Origin: an uncultured Gammaproteobacteria bacterium
GTDB lineage: Bacteria; Patescibacteriota; Patescibacteriia; S139-126
Length of the DNA: 64,000 bases
NCBI GenBank assembly: GCA_964620905.1
Contig: CAZUKA010000001.1
Span: 18,141-82,140, forward strand
Reading direction: 5' to 3'
The position numbers and the translations under genes were made by a program. Positions 47,444 through 58,646 of this stretch are shown here, piece after piece; position 1 is the stretch's first letter, and each line of letters opens with the position of its first letter. The notes beneath the pieces are model-generated. The model saw nothing but the letters and a program-made list of their open reading frames with translations. It made no database searches and had not been told where the DNA came from.

Positions 47444-47938
47444 ATGGTTGAGCATGATGCTAATAAACCGGTGGTAAAAACAGAAAATATTGTGTTTGCC
47501 GCTTTAAATTTTTTGATTGATTGGTTGGCAGCTTTACCTGGCTTGCGACGTTTTGGAGTCTTGCCTCAATTTTTTCGGTTTTGTACGGTGGGAATTTTTA
47601 ATACGGTAATTGATTTTAGTATCTATTTTTCCTTGACCAGAATTTGGTGGTATTTTGATCAGCACTATTTGCAAGCAAATTTTTTTGCTTTTTTGTTGGC
47701 CAATTTATTTAGTTTTTGGGCCAATAAAAATTGGACTTTCAAGAATTTTGATCAACATCGCTTTAGTCAGTACGGCAAATTTTTTAGCACCAGTATTTTA
47801 GCATTGTTATCAATCCAATTGACCATGTATTTGGGGGTTTCAATTTTAGGTTGGTGGGATTTGGCAGTAAAAATTTTAGCTTTACTAGTCAGTGTACTGA
47901 TAAATTTTTTTGGTGCTAAGTTTTGGGCATTTAAGTGA
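47444..47938 (+). CDS. GtrA-family protein
   Basis: QFFRFCTVGIFNTVID, SFWANKNWTF, NFFGAKFWAF. Confidence 0.85.
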   Translation: MVEHDANKPVVKTENIVFAALNFLIDWLAALPGLRRFGVLPQFFRFCTVGIFNTVIDFSIYFSLTRIWWYFDQHYLQANFFAFLLANLFSFWANKNWTFKNFDQHRFSQYGKFFSTSILALLSIQLTMYLGVSILGWWDLAVKILALLVSVLINFFGAKFWAFK

Positions 47939-48004
47939 GGTTAGAAGTAAGAATTAAGAAGTAAGAAGTAAGATTAATTAGTAATTAGTCAAAATTTAAT
48001 TAAA

Positions 48005-48135
48005 AGAAACAAATCACAAGAAACAATTATCAAACAAATTTCAAAATTCAAATTACAAAGTCCAAACAGTTTGGTTATTGATATTTATAATTTAAGATTT
48101 GTTTGTAGTTTGTATCTTGTACCTTGGTTATTTTT
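48005..48135. repeat. Degenerate short-tandem-repeat inverted hairpin
   Basis: AAACAAATCACAAGAAACAA...CCAAAC followed by GTTTGG...TTTGTTTGTAGTTTGTATCTTG. Confidence 0.6.
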
Positions 48136-48200
48136 ATATATTTATTTTGGTAATTATGCTTAATACTAGATACTTTATACTTTATACTTGATACTAATCT

Positions 48201-48923
48201 ATGATTATTGTTATTCCCGCAAAAAATGAAGAACAGCGGATTGGGCCTACTCTAGAAGCTTATTTAAATAAGTTTACAGATATTAAACTAGTGGTAGTTA
48301 TTACCCCAGGCACTGATCAAACCGAAAAAGTTATAATAAATTTTAAAAATTTATATCCCGGAAGAATTGATTATTTTTCTTTGGAAAAATTTGTCGGCAA
48401 TAGTAAAGGCAAAGCAATCAGAGTGGGGTTTAAATATGTTTTAGAAAATTATCCGGCAGAAAATTTAATTGGCTTTATAGATGCTGACAATTCTTTGGAA
48501 CCGATGGAATTTGGAAAGTTAGTTTCTTATTTGTCGGATTATGATCTAGCCATTGCTTCTAGGTATTTACCAGAATCAGTATTAATAGATCGAGATTCGC
48601 GACTTAGAGTTGTAGCATCTTTATTGTTCCGTTATTTAGTAAAAATTTTATTTGGTCTAAAAGTAGTCGATACTCAGTGTGGGGGTAAGTTGTTTAGGCG
48701 ACAAGTAATTTTGGAAATTTTACCAAAACTCCAGATTGATGACATGGCAATTGATGTAGAAATCTTATTTTTAAGTAAACAATTGGGCAAAACTATCAAA
48801 GAAGTACCAGTGGTGTGGCGAGAAAAACAAGCTTCGACTATTTCCACTTCACAAGTGCATTTTATAAAAACCAGTTGGCGAATGCTAAGATCGCTTGTTA
48901 AGTTGAGATTGAAAAGTTTGTGA
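48201..48923 (+). CDS. Polyprenol-phosphate glycosyltransferase (DPM/DPG synthase-like, GT2)
   Basis: IPAKNEE, KGKAIRVG, FIDAD, IASRY, DTQCGGKLF, DVEILF. Confidence 0.85.
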   Translation: MIIVIPAKNEEQRIGPTLEAYLNKFTDIKLVVVITPGTDQTEKVIINFKNLYPGRIDYFSLEKFVGNSKGKAIRVGFKYVLENYPAENLIGFIDADNSLEPMEFGKLVSYLSDYDLAIASRYLPESVLIDRDSRLRVVASLLFRYLVKILFGLKVVDTQCGGKLFRRQVILEILPKLQIDDMAIDVEILFLSKQLGKTIKEVPVVWREKQASTISTSQVHFIKTSWRMLRSLVKLRLKSL

Positions 48924-48943
48924 AGTTTATAAAGCGAAAGTAT

Positions 48944-49001
48944 TGTCATACTGAACTTGTTTCAGCATCTTATGAGATTCTGAAACAAGTTCAGGATGAC
49001 G
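48944..49001. repeat. TGTCA-tagged double palindrome
   Basis: Close copy of 21618-21675. Confidence 0.85.
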
Positions 49002-49173
49002 GTAAAAATATTATTTATGACTGCTTGAGAGGGATTTCTATCTGGGTAGGCAGGCCGCTACATCAAAGATTAATAAGATCCGGGAAAATTATAAAAAAAA
49101 TATTTTAAAAGTTTATTTTTGACAAGAGTTAAAAATTGTGTTATAATCATAGGATGATAAATAAAATTTAATT

Positions 49174-50910
49174 ATGAAAAAATTATTAAAATCAAAGATT
49201 TTTTGGGTAGTGGTTATTCTGGTGGTAGGTGGGGGCGGTTATCTGGTTTTAAAACCAAAACCCGCCGTAGAGTATACAACCGAAAAAGTACAACAAGGTT
49301 TACTAGAGCAAACTGTATCGGTGACTGGAAAAGTGCAGGGGGCTGAGGAGATAAATTTAAATTTTGAATCTCTAGGTACGATTGCCAAAATCGAAGTTGA
49401 AAAGGGCGATGAAGTAGAAGCCGATAAAGTTTTGGCTCAGCTCTCCTCGCAAACACAGCAGAATTCGGTATTGGAAGCCAGGGCCAACTGGCAAGCGGCC
49501 AGTGCCCAGTTGAATAAATTGGTTGCTGGGGCTAGTGATAATGAAATAAAAATCAGTCAAGAAAATGTGAAAAATGCGGAGATAACCTATAATAATCGTT
49601 TGACTGATTTGACAAACTTACAAAATAAATTGGTGGCTGATGAGAAACAATATAATAATTCACTGCAAAGTAGTCAGGTAAATTTGATCAATTCTCGTGA
49701 TGCTACACTGGCAACAATGAGTAATGAATTATTTGACGGAGAAATTGCCTTAAATCGGATAAAAGAAATTTTGGATCGCGATGATGCCAAATATACTTTA
49801 GGCGCCAAAGATAGTTTTAGTAAAACTGTGGCTGAGACCAGCCACACCCAGTCGTTGGTAGTAGTTGGTTTAGCTAAACAGAAGTTAGATCAAGCAAAAA
49901 TATCTTTGACCGAAGTCGATATCAATCAAGCTTTACAAAGTAGTATTGATGCTTTGCTGGATGTCTCAGATAGTTTGTCAGCTATTTTTACAGTATTGGT
50001 CAACACTCCCGCTAGTACTGATTATACCCAAACTGAGATTGACGCTGATAAAGCCAACATCAGAGCTGACCAAACGACTATTAGTGCCAGCATTAGTGCG
50101 GTGCAAACAGCTAGAACCAGCTGGGAAAGTGCTAGAACCGCAGTGATAACTGCGGAAAACAATTTACAATCTTTTTTAGCCAGTAAAGATTCACAAATTG
50201 CTAGTGCACAAGGTGCAGTCAATACCGCCCAAGGCGCTTGGGATCTGGCCCAAGCACAACATCAACAGTTATTAGCACCAGCCCGAATAGAAGATATAGA
50301 GTTGCAACGGGCTCGGGTTAATCAAAGTTTGGCTGCCTTACAGCGAGCCCAGGTAGCGCTTGAGCAAATGACTATTACCGCACCGGTAGCTGGAACTATT
50401 ACCCGGGTGAATTATAAAGTTGGTGAAAAAACTGATCTAGCAAAACCGGTTTTTTCTTTATTGGGAAACTCTGGACTGGAGATTGAGGTTGATATTCCTG
50501 AATCAGATATTGCCAAAATTGCTATTGGGCAACTGGCGCATATTACTTTGGATGCTTTTGGTGAACAAGAATTTACCGGGCATGTTACTTTTATTGATCC
50601 AGCGGAAACAAGACTTTCTGATGTGGTGTATTATCGGGTGAAAGTAACATTTGATGATGGTAATGACCAAATCAAACCAGGTATGACTGCCAATATTGAT
50701 ATTGCTACTGCCAATCGTGACAATGTTTTATATATACCCGCCAGAGCTGTAAAAGAAAATGGTGGTAAATATGTTGAAGTATTATACAACGGTGAAGTGA
50801 TTAGAAAAAGTGTAGAGGTTGGATTGAAAGCCGATGGAGGTTTGGTTGAAGTGATCAGTGGTTTAGCAGCGGGTGAGGATGTGATTACTTTTAAGCAAGA
50901 GCCAAAATAA
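49174..50910 (+). CDS. MacA-like periplasmic adaptor (membrane fusion protein) with long coiled coil
   Basis: N-terminal TM; VEKGDEV; ITAPVAGTI; IPESDIAKIAIGQ; IKPGMTAN; VISGLAAGEDV. Confidence 0.9.
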   Translation: MKKLLKSKIFWVVVILVVGGGGYLVLKPKPAVEYTTEKVQQGLLEQTVSVTGKVQGAEEINLNFESLGTIAKIEVEKGDEVEADKVLAQLSSQTQQNSVLEARANWQAASAQLNKLVAGASDNEIKISQENVKNAEITYNNRLTDLTNLQNKLVADEKQYNNSLQSSQVNLINSRDATLATMSNELFDGEIALNRIKEILDRDDAKYTLGAKDSFSKTVAETSHTQSLVVVGLAKQKLDQAKISLTEVDINQALQSSIDALLDVSDSLSAIFTVLVNTPASTDYTQTEIDADKANIRADQTTISASISAVQTARTSWESARTAVITAENNLQSFLASKDSQIASAQGAVNTAQGAWDLAQAQHQQLLAPARIEDIELQRARVNQSLAALQRAQVALEQMTITAPVAGTITRVNYKVGEKTDLAKPVFSLLGNSGLEIEVDIPESDIAKIAIGQLAHITLDAFGEQEFTGHVTFIDPAETRLSDVVYYRVKVTFDDGNDQIKPGMTANIDIATANRDNVLYIPARAVKENGGKYVEVLYNGEVIRKSVEVGLKADGGLVEVISGLAAGEDVITFKQEPK

Positions 50911-50912
50911 AT

Positions 50913-51629
50913 ATGTCTTTGATTACTATCAAAGATATCAAACGTGAGTTTAAAACCGGCGAGGTAATCACCAAAGTTTTGTATGGTGTAAGTTTTGATA
51001 TTGCGGCTGGAGAGTTTGTAGCGATTATGGGTCCCTCGGGTAGTGGTAAATCGACGTTGATGCATATTTTAGGTTTTTTGGATAAGGCTTCAAGTGGAAA
51101 ATTTTTTTACAAAGATAAAGATGTTTCGCAACTTGATGATGATGAATTAGCTCGGATGCGCAATCAAGAAATTGGTTTTGTGTTTCAAGCATTTCATCTG
51201 CTGCCAAAATTGTCGGTTCTGGATAATGTAAAATTGCCCTTGCTTTATAGTAATCGCAAAGATAAAGATAATGCAGCTAAACAAGCTCTGGAACAAGTTG
51301 GTCTGTCGCATCGACTTAATTATTTTCCCAATCAAATTTCGGGTGGAGAAAAACAACGGGTGGCTATTGCCAGGGCTCTTGTCAACGAACCGGCAGTAGT
51401 ATTTGCTGATGAACCCACTGGCAATTTGGATTCAAAATCAGGTCAGCAAATTATGTCTATCTTGCAAGCGCTCAATGATAGCGGCCGGACAATTATTTTG
51501 GTCACGCATGAAAAATACACCTCACAACACGCAAAAAGAATACTAAAAATCAAAGATGGTTTATTGGAAAGTGACGAACTAGTAAAAGACAGGATGATTG
51601 CTAGTGAGCAGAGCGAATTAATTAAATAG
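50913..51629 (+). CDS. MacB/LolD-type ABC ATP-binding protein
   Basis: [33 protein letters not shown]. Confidence 0.93.
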   Translation: MSLITIKDIKREFKTGEVITKVLYGVSFDIAAGEFVAIMGPSGSGKSTLMHILGFLDKASSGKFFYKDKDVSQLDDDELARMRNQEIGFVFQAFHLLPKLSVLDNVKLPLLYSNRKDKDNAAKQALEQVGLSHRLNYFPNQISGGEKQRVAIARALVNEPAVVFADEPTGNLDSKSGQQIMSILQALNDSGRTIILVTHEKYTSQHAKRILKIKDGLLESDELVKDRMIASEQSELIK

Positions 51630-51631
51630 TT

Positions 51632-52867
51632 ATGAATATTTTGGCTCACGCCCAAATTTCATTGCGGGCATTGTCGGCTAACCGTAACCGATCTTTTTTG
51701 ACTATGCTCGGTATTATTATTGGTATTGCCGCAGTGATTATAATAATTTCAGTTGGTAAGGGAGCAGAAAGTTTGTTATATAGTCAAATTTCAGGTATTG
51801 GTTCTGATTTGATTGCCATTTTACCTGGTGCCAGTGATGAAGACGGACCACCAGCTTCAGCGATGGGTATCACTATTACCACTTTGAAAAATGATGATAT
51901 TAGAGCTATTGAAAAAAAAGTACCTGGTGTGGTGGCGGGAAGCGGTTATATGCGCGGTCAGGATACTATCACTTATGAGAATCAAAAATTTGATACAGCT
52001 TTTGTTGGTGTCGAGTCAAATTATCCGACTGTTGAAAATACCCAAGTGGTTGAAGGAAGATTTTTTACAGCCGAAGAGGATAGTTCTCTAGTCCGAGTAG
52101 CGGTTTTGGGAGCAAAAGTTTACGATGAGTTGTTTCATGGTGATCCCGCCGTGGGTAAGCGTGTCCGGATCAGAAAAGAAACCTTTACCGTAATTGGTGT
52201 AATGCCCGAGCGTGGTACCGCAGGATTTATGAATCAAGATACGCAAGTTTTTATACCTCTACGTACAGCGCAAAAAATTATGTTGGGGGTTGATCATTTG
52301 GCTTTCGCTCGAGTAAGGGTAGACAAGAATGTAGTGATTGATGATGTGTTGGAGCAAATTAGGCAAGTGTTGCGTGAACAACACAATCTAAATTCGAGCG
52401 AAGTTGATGATTTTTCTGTACGGAGCGCTACGCAGGCTTTGGATTTGTTGTCTACTTTGACTACGGCCCTGTCTTTTTTTCTGGCTGCCATTGCTAGCAT
52501 TAGTTTACTCGTAGGTGGGGTAGGGATAATGAATATTATGTTGATTGCCGTCAACGAACGTGTCCAAGAAATTGGTCTGCGTAAGAGTGTGGGCGCAAAA
52601 ACCAAAGATATTGTCTCTCAGTTTTTGGTGGAATCAGTGATTTTGACTTTACTCGGAGCAATAATTGGTATTTTAGCTGGTGGGTTAATATCTTTTTTGA
52701 TCGCTGTGGTAGCAATTCAGCTTGATTATGCTTGGGATTTTGTGATCACCCCATTTTCGGTTTTTTTATCTTGTTCGATTGCTTTTTTGATTGGTATTAG
52801 TTTTGGCTATTATCCAGCCAAGAAAGCAGCAAGTTTAGACCCAATTGAAGCTTTGCGCTATGAATAG
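51632..52867 (+). CDS. MacB-type ABC permease
   Basis: RSFLTMLGIIIG; SLLVGGVGIMNIML..ERVQEIGLRKSVGA; LDPIEALRYE. Confidence 0.92.
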   Translation: MNILAHAQISLRALSANRNRSFLTMLGIIIGIAAVIIIISVGKGAESLLYSQISGIGSDLIAILPGASDEDGPPASAMGITITTLKNDDIRAIEKKVPGVVAGSGYMRGQDTITYENQKFDTAFVGVESNYPTVENTQVVEGRFFTAEEDSSLVRVAVLGAKVYDELFHGDPAVGKRVRIRKETFTVIGVMPERGTAGFMNQDTQVFIPLRTAQKIMLGVDHLAFARVRVDKNVVIDDVLEQIRQVLREQHNLNSSEVDDFSVRSATQALDLLSTLTTALSFFLAAIASISLLVGGVGIMNIMLIAVNERVQEIGLRKSVGAKTKDIVSQFLVESVILTLLGAIIGILAGGLISFLIAVVAIQLDYAWDFVITPFSVFLSCSIAFLIGISFGYYPAKKAASLDPIEALRYE

Positions 52868-54116
52868 TCTAGTTAAATTTATTTTACCCTTAAAACAAGC
52901 TCACGCTGCTCTGCATGCCAATCGCGTCAGATCACTACTCACTATGTTGGGAGTAATTATTGGTATTTCCTCGGTGATTGTGATTTTGTCAGCGGGCGAG
53001 GCGCTCAAGGGTTTTGTTTACAATGAAGTTAATGCTTTTGGCAATAACATTATTCAAGCTGAAGTAAAAGTTCCTTCCACTAGCCAACAGTCTGCTGACA
53101 ATGCTGCGGGCATGGCTATGGGTATCACCATCACTACCTTGAAAGACTCTGATGCTGAAGCAGTCAGAAAACTAAAAAATATTGATAAAGTCTATTCGGC
53201 GGTTTTAGGGCAAGGGATTGCATCTTATCGCAATGAAAATAAAGTAATTACCATTTACGGTGTAACCAATGAGTTTATAGATATTGATCAATCAAAAGTT
53301 GATCAAGGTAGATTTTTTACAGCTGAAGAAAATCGTTCACAGGCTCAAGTAGTAATTTTAGGTTCGGGGATAAAAGAGACTTTGTTTGGTGACGATGAGG
53401 CATTGGGTAAACAAATAAAAATTGGCAATTTAAAATATGAAGTGATAGGTGTGTTTGCTACCCGAGGTGCTTCACCGTTTTTCAATATGGACGATATGGC
53501 AGTGATGCCACTTTATACTTTACAAAAAAAAGTCATGGGCATAGATCATGTGATGTATTTTTTGGCTACCATGAAGGATCCGACTCAAGATCTACTTACC
53601 AAAGCGCAAATAGAAGACTTGTTGCGTGAACGGCACGATATTACTGATCCCAAAAAAGATGATTTTGCCGTCACTACCCAAGAGGAAATGCAAGCCATGC
53701 TTGACGTTATTTTGGGCGGTGTGCAGTTGTTATTGATAGCTATTGCCAGTATTAGTTTGATTGTGGGTGGAGTAGGAATTATGAATATTATGTATGTAAC
53801 AGTTGCGGAAAGAACTTTTGAAATTGGATTGCGCAAGAGTGTGGGTGCAACCAAAGGAAATATTTTGTGGCAATTTTTGTGGGAAGCAGTTTTTGTTACT
53901 TTGCTAGGAGCGATTGCCGGGATTGTGGTTGGCGGAATTATTACTCAACTTTTTACCTTGCTAGCAAAATATTTGCAGATTGATTTTGTTTTTACATTGC
54001 CTTGGTGGTCAATTGCTTTGGCCGTGGGTTTTGCCGCAGTTGTTGGTCTAGTATTTGGTATCTATCCAGCTAAAAAAGCAGCTGATCTTGATCCAATTGA
54101 GGCATTGCGGAGATAG
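52860..54116 (+). CDS. MacB-type ABC permease (paralog)
   Basis: Same motifs as the preceding gene. Start placed at ATG 52860. Confidence 0.92.
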   Translation: MNSLVKFILPLKQAHAALHANRVRSLLTMLGVIIGISSVIVILSAGEALKGFVYNEVNAFGNNIIQAEVKVPSTSQQSADNAAGMAMGITITTLKDSDAEAVRKLKNIDKVYSAVLGQGIASYRNENKVITIYGVTNEFIDIDQSKVDQGRFFTAEENRSQAQVVILGSGIKETLFGDDEALGKQIKIGNLKYEVIGVFATRGASPFFNMDDMAVMPLYTLQKKVMGIDHVMYFLATMKDPTQDLLTKAQIEDLLRERHDITDPKKDDFAVTTQEEMQAMLDVILGGVQLLLIAIASISLIVGGVGIMNIMYVTVAERTFEIGLRKSVGATKGNILWQFLWEAVFVTLLGAIAGIVVGGIITQLFTLLAKYLQIDFVFTLPWWSIALAVGFAAVVGLVFGIYPAKKAADLDPIEALRR

Positions 54117-54154
54117 TATATAGAATTTTGAAACTAGAATTTAGAATATAACAT

Positions 54155-54193
54155 TTAGCACTCTTGACATGAGAGTGCTAATTTTTTTATAAT
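54155..54193 (+). promoter_or_regulatory. CIRCE operator overlapping a sigma70 promoter
   Basis: TTAGCACTC-ttgacatga-GAGTGCTAA perfect CIRCE at 54155-54181; TTGACA in the spacer and TATAAT at 54188. Confidence 0.97.
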
Positions 54194-54231
54194 GTAAAAA
54201 GGGTCAGGAAAACCTAAGTATTTATAGAAAA

Positions 54232-54924
54232 ATGTTAACAAATAGACAAAATCAAATACTAAAAGAGATTGTGGAAAACTACGTTTTTGATGCCCAACCA
54301 ATTGGTTCAAAACTTTTGACTGAATCAATGAATGTATCATCGGCCACTATTCGCAATGAAATGTCAGCTTTGGAAGATAAAAAGTTGATTTACCAGCCCT
54401 ATACATCAGCTGGTCGAGTGCCAACCGCGGCAGGTTATAAATATTATTTTGAAAATTTTGTTGATAAAGAAAAAAGTCCTGCTAAAAATGACCAGCAAGT
54501 GATTGCTGAAATATGGAAAAAAAATTCGGCAGATTATCATCAAGCTTTAAAAAGTTTAGCCAAAGTAGTCGCTGATTTGTCGCAATATGCGGTATTGGTT
54601 GGTTTTTCGGAGAAGTATTTTTACTACACAGGGTTGTCGAATTTGTTCAATCAACCAGAATTTACCACGGCTGATTTGGTGCGAGCTATGGGATATTTGG
54701 TTGATCATTTAGATGAAGTAGTAAGCCGTATTTTTCACCAAGTTGATGGTTTGACAGTTAAGATTGGTGCTGATAATCCTTTTAGTAGTGAGTGTAGTGT
54801 TTTGTTGGCTAAGTTTTCTGATCCTTCGGGTGATGGTTTGATTGGAATTTTGGGACCGATGCGGATGGATTATCAGCGTAATTATTCGTTGATTAGTTAT
54901 TCAAGAAATTTAATAAATAAATAA
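54232..54924 (+). CDS. hrcA: Heat-inducible transcription repressor (short form)
   Basis: RQNQILKEIVENY..QPIGSK..SSATIRNEM..PYTSAGRVPT; GILGPMRMDY; CIRCE upstream. Confidence 0.93.
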   Translation: MLTNRQNQILKEIVENYVFDAQPIGSKLLTESMNVSSATIRNEMSALEDKKLIYQPYTSAGRVPTAAGYKYYFENFVDKEKSPAKNDQQVIAEIWKKNSADYHQALKSLAKVVADLSQYAVLVGFSEKYFYYTGLSNLFNQPEFTTADLVRAMGYLVDHLDEVVSRIFHQVDGLTVKIGADNPFSSECSVLLAKFSDPSGDGLIGILGPMRMDYQRNYSLISYSRNLINK

Positions 54925-55470
54925 ATGAGCAAACTAAATAATTTGAATACCAAAAAGACTGAAGCGGAAGACGATAAGATCGGTGAGATTAATACCCAAC
55001 AAACAACTACAATTGACGAATTGACCCAGCAGAATCAAGAGTATTTAGCTGGTTGGCAGAGAGCAAAAGCAGATTATTTAAATTTAAAGAAAGAATCGGA
55101 TGAGATTATCGCCAAGTTGCGCAGTGCAGTCAGAGCAGAAATTTTTCTTGAGTGGTTGCCTTATTGGCAAAATTTGATTACGGCGATTGCTCATATTCCA
55201 GTTGATTTGAAAGATACTGATTGGGCACAAGGATTTATTCATATTCAAAGACAGATTGAGAGTTGGTTGCTTGAACATGGTGTCAAAAAAATAAAAACAG
55301 TGGGTGAAAAGTTTGATTATGAGCTACATGAAGCAGTTGAGACAGTCTGGGATGAACAAGTTGCTACTGATGAAATTGTCCAGGAGAAATCACCCGGCTT
55401 TGAGTATCAAGGGCAAGTGATAATTCATCCGAAAGTGGTTGTCAATACACCAACTGATACCAATAAATAA
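54925..55470 (+). CDS. grpE: Nucleotide exchange factor GrpE
   Basis: WQRAKADYLN, GEKFDYELHEAV, GFEYQGQVI. Confidence 0.92.
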   Translation: MSKLNNLNTKKTEAEDDKIGEINTQQTTTIDELTQQNQEYLAGWQRAKADYLNLKKESDEIIAKLRSAVRAEIFLEWLPYWQNLITAIAHIPVDLKDTDWAQGFIHIQRQIESWLLEHGVKKIKTVGEKFDYELHEAVETVWDEQVATDEIVQEKSPGFEYQGQVIIHPKVVVNTPTDTNK

Positions 55471-55536
55471 TTTTACTAATAATTAATTTTCTTGTTTAGG
55501 CAAAACTAGTCTAAACAAGAAGTAAGGAGAAAATAT

Positions 55537-55956
55537 ATGGCTATTATAAAGTGGACACCTTGGCAAGATCCTTTTGAGGAATTTGAAAAAATGTTGCAGA
55601 CGTGGCCGGGTTACCAAAATGTAAAGTCATTTGTACCGGCAGTTGATGTTTATCAAGATGATGATAATGTTTATATTGAAACGCCACTACCTGGAATAAA
55701 AATTTCTGATATCAATATTGCCGTGGAAAATGACGTATTGACTATTGAGGGTAGTCGGGAACACAAAAGTGAAGTTGATGAAAAAAATTATTATCGTCAA
55801 GAAGTTCGTTATGGTAGTTTTCATCGCAGTATCGCTTTGCCTGCTAGTGTCAATGGTGACCGGGCAGAGGCTGAATATCATGACGGTGTTTTGAAAGTCA
55901 CTATTCCTAAAGAGGAAAGAGCCAAGCCAAAAAAGATTGCAATTAAGACAAAATAA
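55537..55956 (+). CDS. Hsp20/alpha-crystallin small heat-shock protein
   Basis: PAVDVYQ, LPGI, RYGSFHRSIALP, AEYHDGVLKVTIPK. Confidence 0.93.
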   Translation: MAIIKWTPWQDPFEEFEKMLQTWPGYQNVKSFVPAVDVYQDDDNVYIETPLPGIKISDINIAVENDVLTIEGSREHKSEVDEKNYYRQEVRYGSFHRSIALPASVNGDRAEAEYHDGVLKVTIPKEERAKPKKIAIKTK

Positions 55957-56276
55957 TGTCAGCACCATTTTCTTCATTGCCAAAAAGATTACATCATCAT
56001 TGTCCTTTATGCGGACAAGGTTTGATTGATAGTGATATTGAAATAATAAATTCTGCCAATGGTCAGATGATGGTTTATGCCACCTGCGGTAGCTGCGGGG
56101 TAGGTGTGATTGCCAAGGTTTCTCTGCTACCGCAGGGCTTGGTGGGCCTTGGGATTTTGACTGATTTGACTCGTGAGGAAATAAACACTGTAAATAGCAA
56201 CAGTCCGGTTAGTGCCGAAGAGGTATTGACTATAAAATTATTGACGGACAGGGGTTATTTGGAAATTAAAGTATAA
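55956..56276 (+). CDS. Hypothetical zinc-ribbon protein
   Basis: CPLC...CGSC; TDLTREE; coupled to hsp20. Confidence 0.65.
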   Translation: MSAPFSSLPKRLHHHCPLCGQGLIDSDIEIINSANGQMMVYATCGSCGVGVIAKVSLLPQGLVGLGILTDLTREEINTVNSNSPVSAEEVLTIKLLTDRGYLEIKV

Positions 56277-56296
56277 TAATTATTTAATATAATAAT

Positions 56297-58216
56297 ATGA
56301 GTAGGATTTTAGGAATTGATCTTGGCACCACCAATAGCGCAATGGCCGTAATTGAAGGTGGTCAGCCCAAAATTTTGGAAAATAAAGAAGGTAATCGCAC
56401 TACGCCTTCAGTAGTGGCGATAGCCAAAAACAACGAAAGAATTGTGGGGCAAGCTGCCAAGAGACAGGCAGTTACCAATCCCAGTAATACAGTTTATTCA
56501 GTAAAACGTTTGATTGGTCGTAAATTTTCTGATCCAGAAGTACAAACGGCTATGAAAACTTTGCCTTTTAAGTTAGTCAAAGATACAAAAACTGAAGGAT
56601 GCAAAATCGTCATGGGTGAAAAAGAATATTCACCTCAAGAAATTTCGGCGATGATTTTACAAAAATTGAAAGCCGATGCCGAAAGTAAGTTGGGCGAAAA
56701 GATCGAAGAGGTGATTATTACTGTTCCAGCTTATTTTGATGATTCACAACGTCAAGCTACAAAGGATGCAGGTGAAATAGCTGGACTGAAAGTAAAACGT
56801 ATCATCAATGAACCAACTGCTGCCGCCTTGGCTTATGGTTTTGATAAAAAACGGGATCAAAAAATAGCAATTTATGATTTGGGTGGTGGGACTTTTGATA
56901 TTTCCATTTTGGAAGTATCTGCTGATACAGTTGAAGTTAAGGCCACCAATGGCGATACACATTTGGGTGGTGATGATTTTGATCAAAGGATTATTGATTG
57001 GATTTTGGCTGAATTTAAAAAGGATCAAGGGATTGATTTAGGTGGTGATTCATTGGCCTTGCAAAGAGTTAAAGAATCAGCGGAAAAAGCCAAAATTGAA
57101 TTATCAACCGCTTTGGAAACCGAAATCAATCAACCATTTATTACCCAAGGAGCTGATGGCCCAAAACATTTGGTAATGAAAATAACTCGAACAAAATTGG
57201 AAGAATTGGTAGCTGATTTAGTAGAAAATACTTTAGAGCCAGTTAAGAAAGCCTTGACTGATTCGGGGATAGATAAAGCAAGTATCAATGAGGTAGTAAT
57301 GGTTGGTGGCATGACTAGAATGCCTTTTGTTCAAAAGAAAGTAGAAGAATTTTTTGGTAAAAAACCGAATATGTCTGTTAATCCGGATGAAGTAGTGGCA
57401 ATTGGAGCAGCAGTGCAGGCAGGAGTATTGCAAGGTGAGGTAAAAGATGTTTTATTGTTGGATGTCACTCCGCTTTCTTTGGGCATCGAAACTTTGGGTG
57501 GAGTGATGACAAGGTTAATAGAGCGCAATACTACTATTCCGACATCAAAATCACAAATTTTTTCAACCGCTGCTGACAATCAAACTTCAGTGGAAATCCA
57601 TGTGTTGCAAGGTGAGCGACCCATGGCCCAAGATAACAAATCGTTGGGAAGATTTATTTTGTCTGGTATCCCACCAGCGCCGAGAGGTATTCCTCAAGTT
57701 GAAGTGACATTTGATATTGATGCCAATGGTATTTTGCATGTGAAAGCTATGGATAAAGCTACCAATAAAGAACAGACAATAACCATTACTGCTTCTTCTG
57801 GTTTATCCAAAGAAGAGATTGAACGGATGAAAAAAGAAGCCGAAGTTCATGCTGATGAGGATAAGAAAAAACAAGATTTAATTGAGATAAAAAATGGAGC
57901 CGAATCAGTAATTTTCAGCACGGAAAAAATATTGAAAGAAAATGAAGCAAAAATTCCCGAAGATATTAAAAAAGAGGTAACAGAGAAATTAGAGAATTTA
58001 AAAAAAGTTAAAGACAGTGAGGACTTTGCAACTATCAAACAAGCCATGGAGGAAATGAATCAAACTGCACAAAAAATTGGTCAGGCAATGTATCAGCAAC
58101 AACAAGCCGCAGGTACACAAACTGACAACAATCAAACTAGTCAGGAAGCTAACAATTCTGGTGGTGCCCAAGAAGCAGAATTTGATAAAGACAATAATCC
58201 TCAATCCAATCAATAA
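56297..58216 (+). CDS. dnaK: Chaperone DnaK (Hsp70)
   Basis: [44 protein letters not shown]. Confidence 0.98.
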   Translation: MSRILGIDLGTTNSAMAVIEGGQPKILENKEGNRTTPSVVAIAKNNERIVGQAAKRQAVTNPSNTVYSVKRLIGRKFSDPEVQTAMKTLPFKLVKDTKTEGCKIVMGEKEYSPQEISAMILQKLKADAESKLGEKIEEVIITVPAYFDDSQRQATKDAGEIAGLKVKRIINEPTAAALAYGFDKKRDQKIAIYDLGGGTFDISILEVSADTVEVKATNGDTHLGGDDFDQRIIDWILAEFKKDQGIDLGGDSLALQRVKESAEKAKIELSTALETEINQPFITQGADGPKHLVMKITRTKLEELVADLVENTLEPVKKALTDSGIDKASINEVVMVGGMTRMPFVQKKVEEFFGKKPNMSVNPDEVVAIGAAVQAGVLQGEVKDVLLLDVTPLSLGIETLGGVMTRLIERNTTIPTSKSQIFSTAADNQTSVEIHVLQGERPMAQDNKSLGRFILSGIPPAPRGIPQVEVTFDIDANGILHVKAMDKATNKEQTITITASSGLSKEEIERMKKEAEVHADEDKKKQDLIEIKNGAESVIFSTEKILKENEAKIPEDIKKEVTEKLENLKKVKDSEDFATIKQAMEEMNQTAQKIGQAMYQQQQAAGTQTDNNQTSQEANNSGGAQEAEFDKDNNPQSNQ

Positions 58217-58229
58217 TTAATTAAGCCTA

Positions 58230-58250
58230 AAGCGGGGTAAAGCCCCGCTT
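58230..58250 (+). other. GC hairpin after dnaK (weak terminator or mRNA stabiliser)
   Basis: AAGCGGGG-taaag-CCCCGCTT without a long T tract. Confidence 0.5.
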
Positions 58251-58268
58251 ACAGGTTAAAAAAAATTT

Positions 58269-58562
58269 ATGGACAATCAAAATCAACAATCCATGCAAAT
58301 AAAAATTGAAGATGCGGTATTGAAAGGAGTCTATGCCAATGCTCTGCAAGTCGGGCACACAAAAGAAGAGTTTATTTTAGATTTTATGAATCTAGTGCCA
58401 CCGCAAGGTATCGCCGTGTCGCGAGTGTTTTTAAGCCCGGGTCATATGAAAAGAATTGCCTCGGCTATTTTGGATAATTTAAAAAAATATGAAGACCAGT
58501 TTGGCAAAATCGCCGAAGCTCAAGCACCAAAAAATGAACAAAAATTAGGATTCAATGGATAA
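58269..58562 (+). CDS. DUF3467-like protein
   Basis: GVYANALQVGHTKEEFILDF...SRVFLSPGHMKR...YEDQFGKI. Confidence 0.8.
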   Translation: MDNQNQQSMQIKIEDAVLKGVYANALQVGHTKEEFILDFMNLVPPQGIAVSRVFLSPGHMKRIASAILDNLKKYEDQFGKIAEAQAPKNEQKLGFNG

Positions 58563-58646
58563 GATTTAAAACACGTTATACATAGCACGTGGCTTGTAAT
58601 ATGATAATATAAAATATTAAACAAATTTATTATTAATTTTAATATT

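Noticed and set aside
48920-49108. 62-aa ORF after the GT2 gene (and 25187-25378 on the minus strand)
   Set aside because: These are translations of TGTCA palindromes and repeat tracts, most likely spurious.
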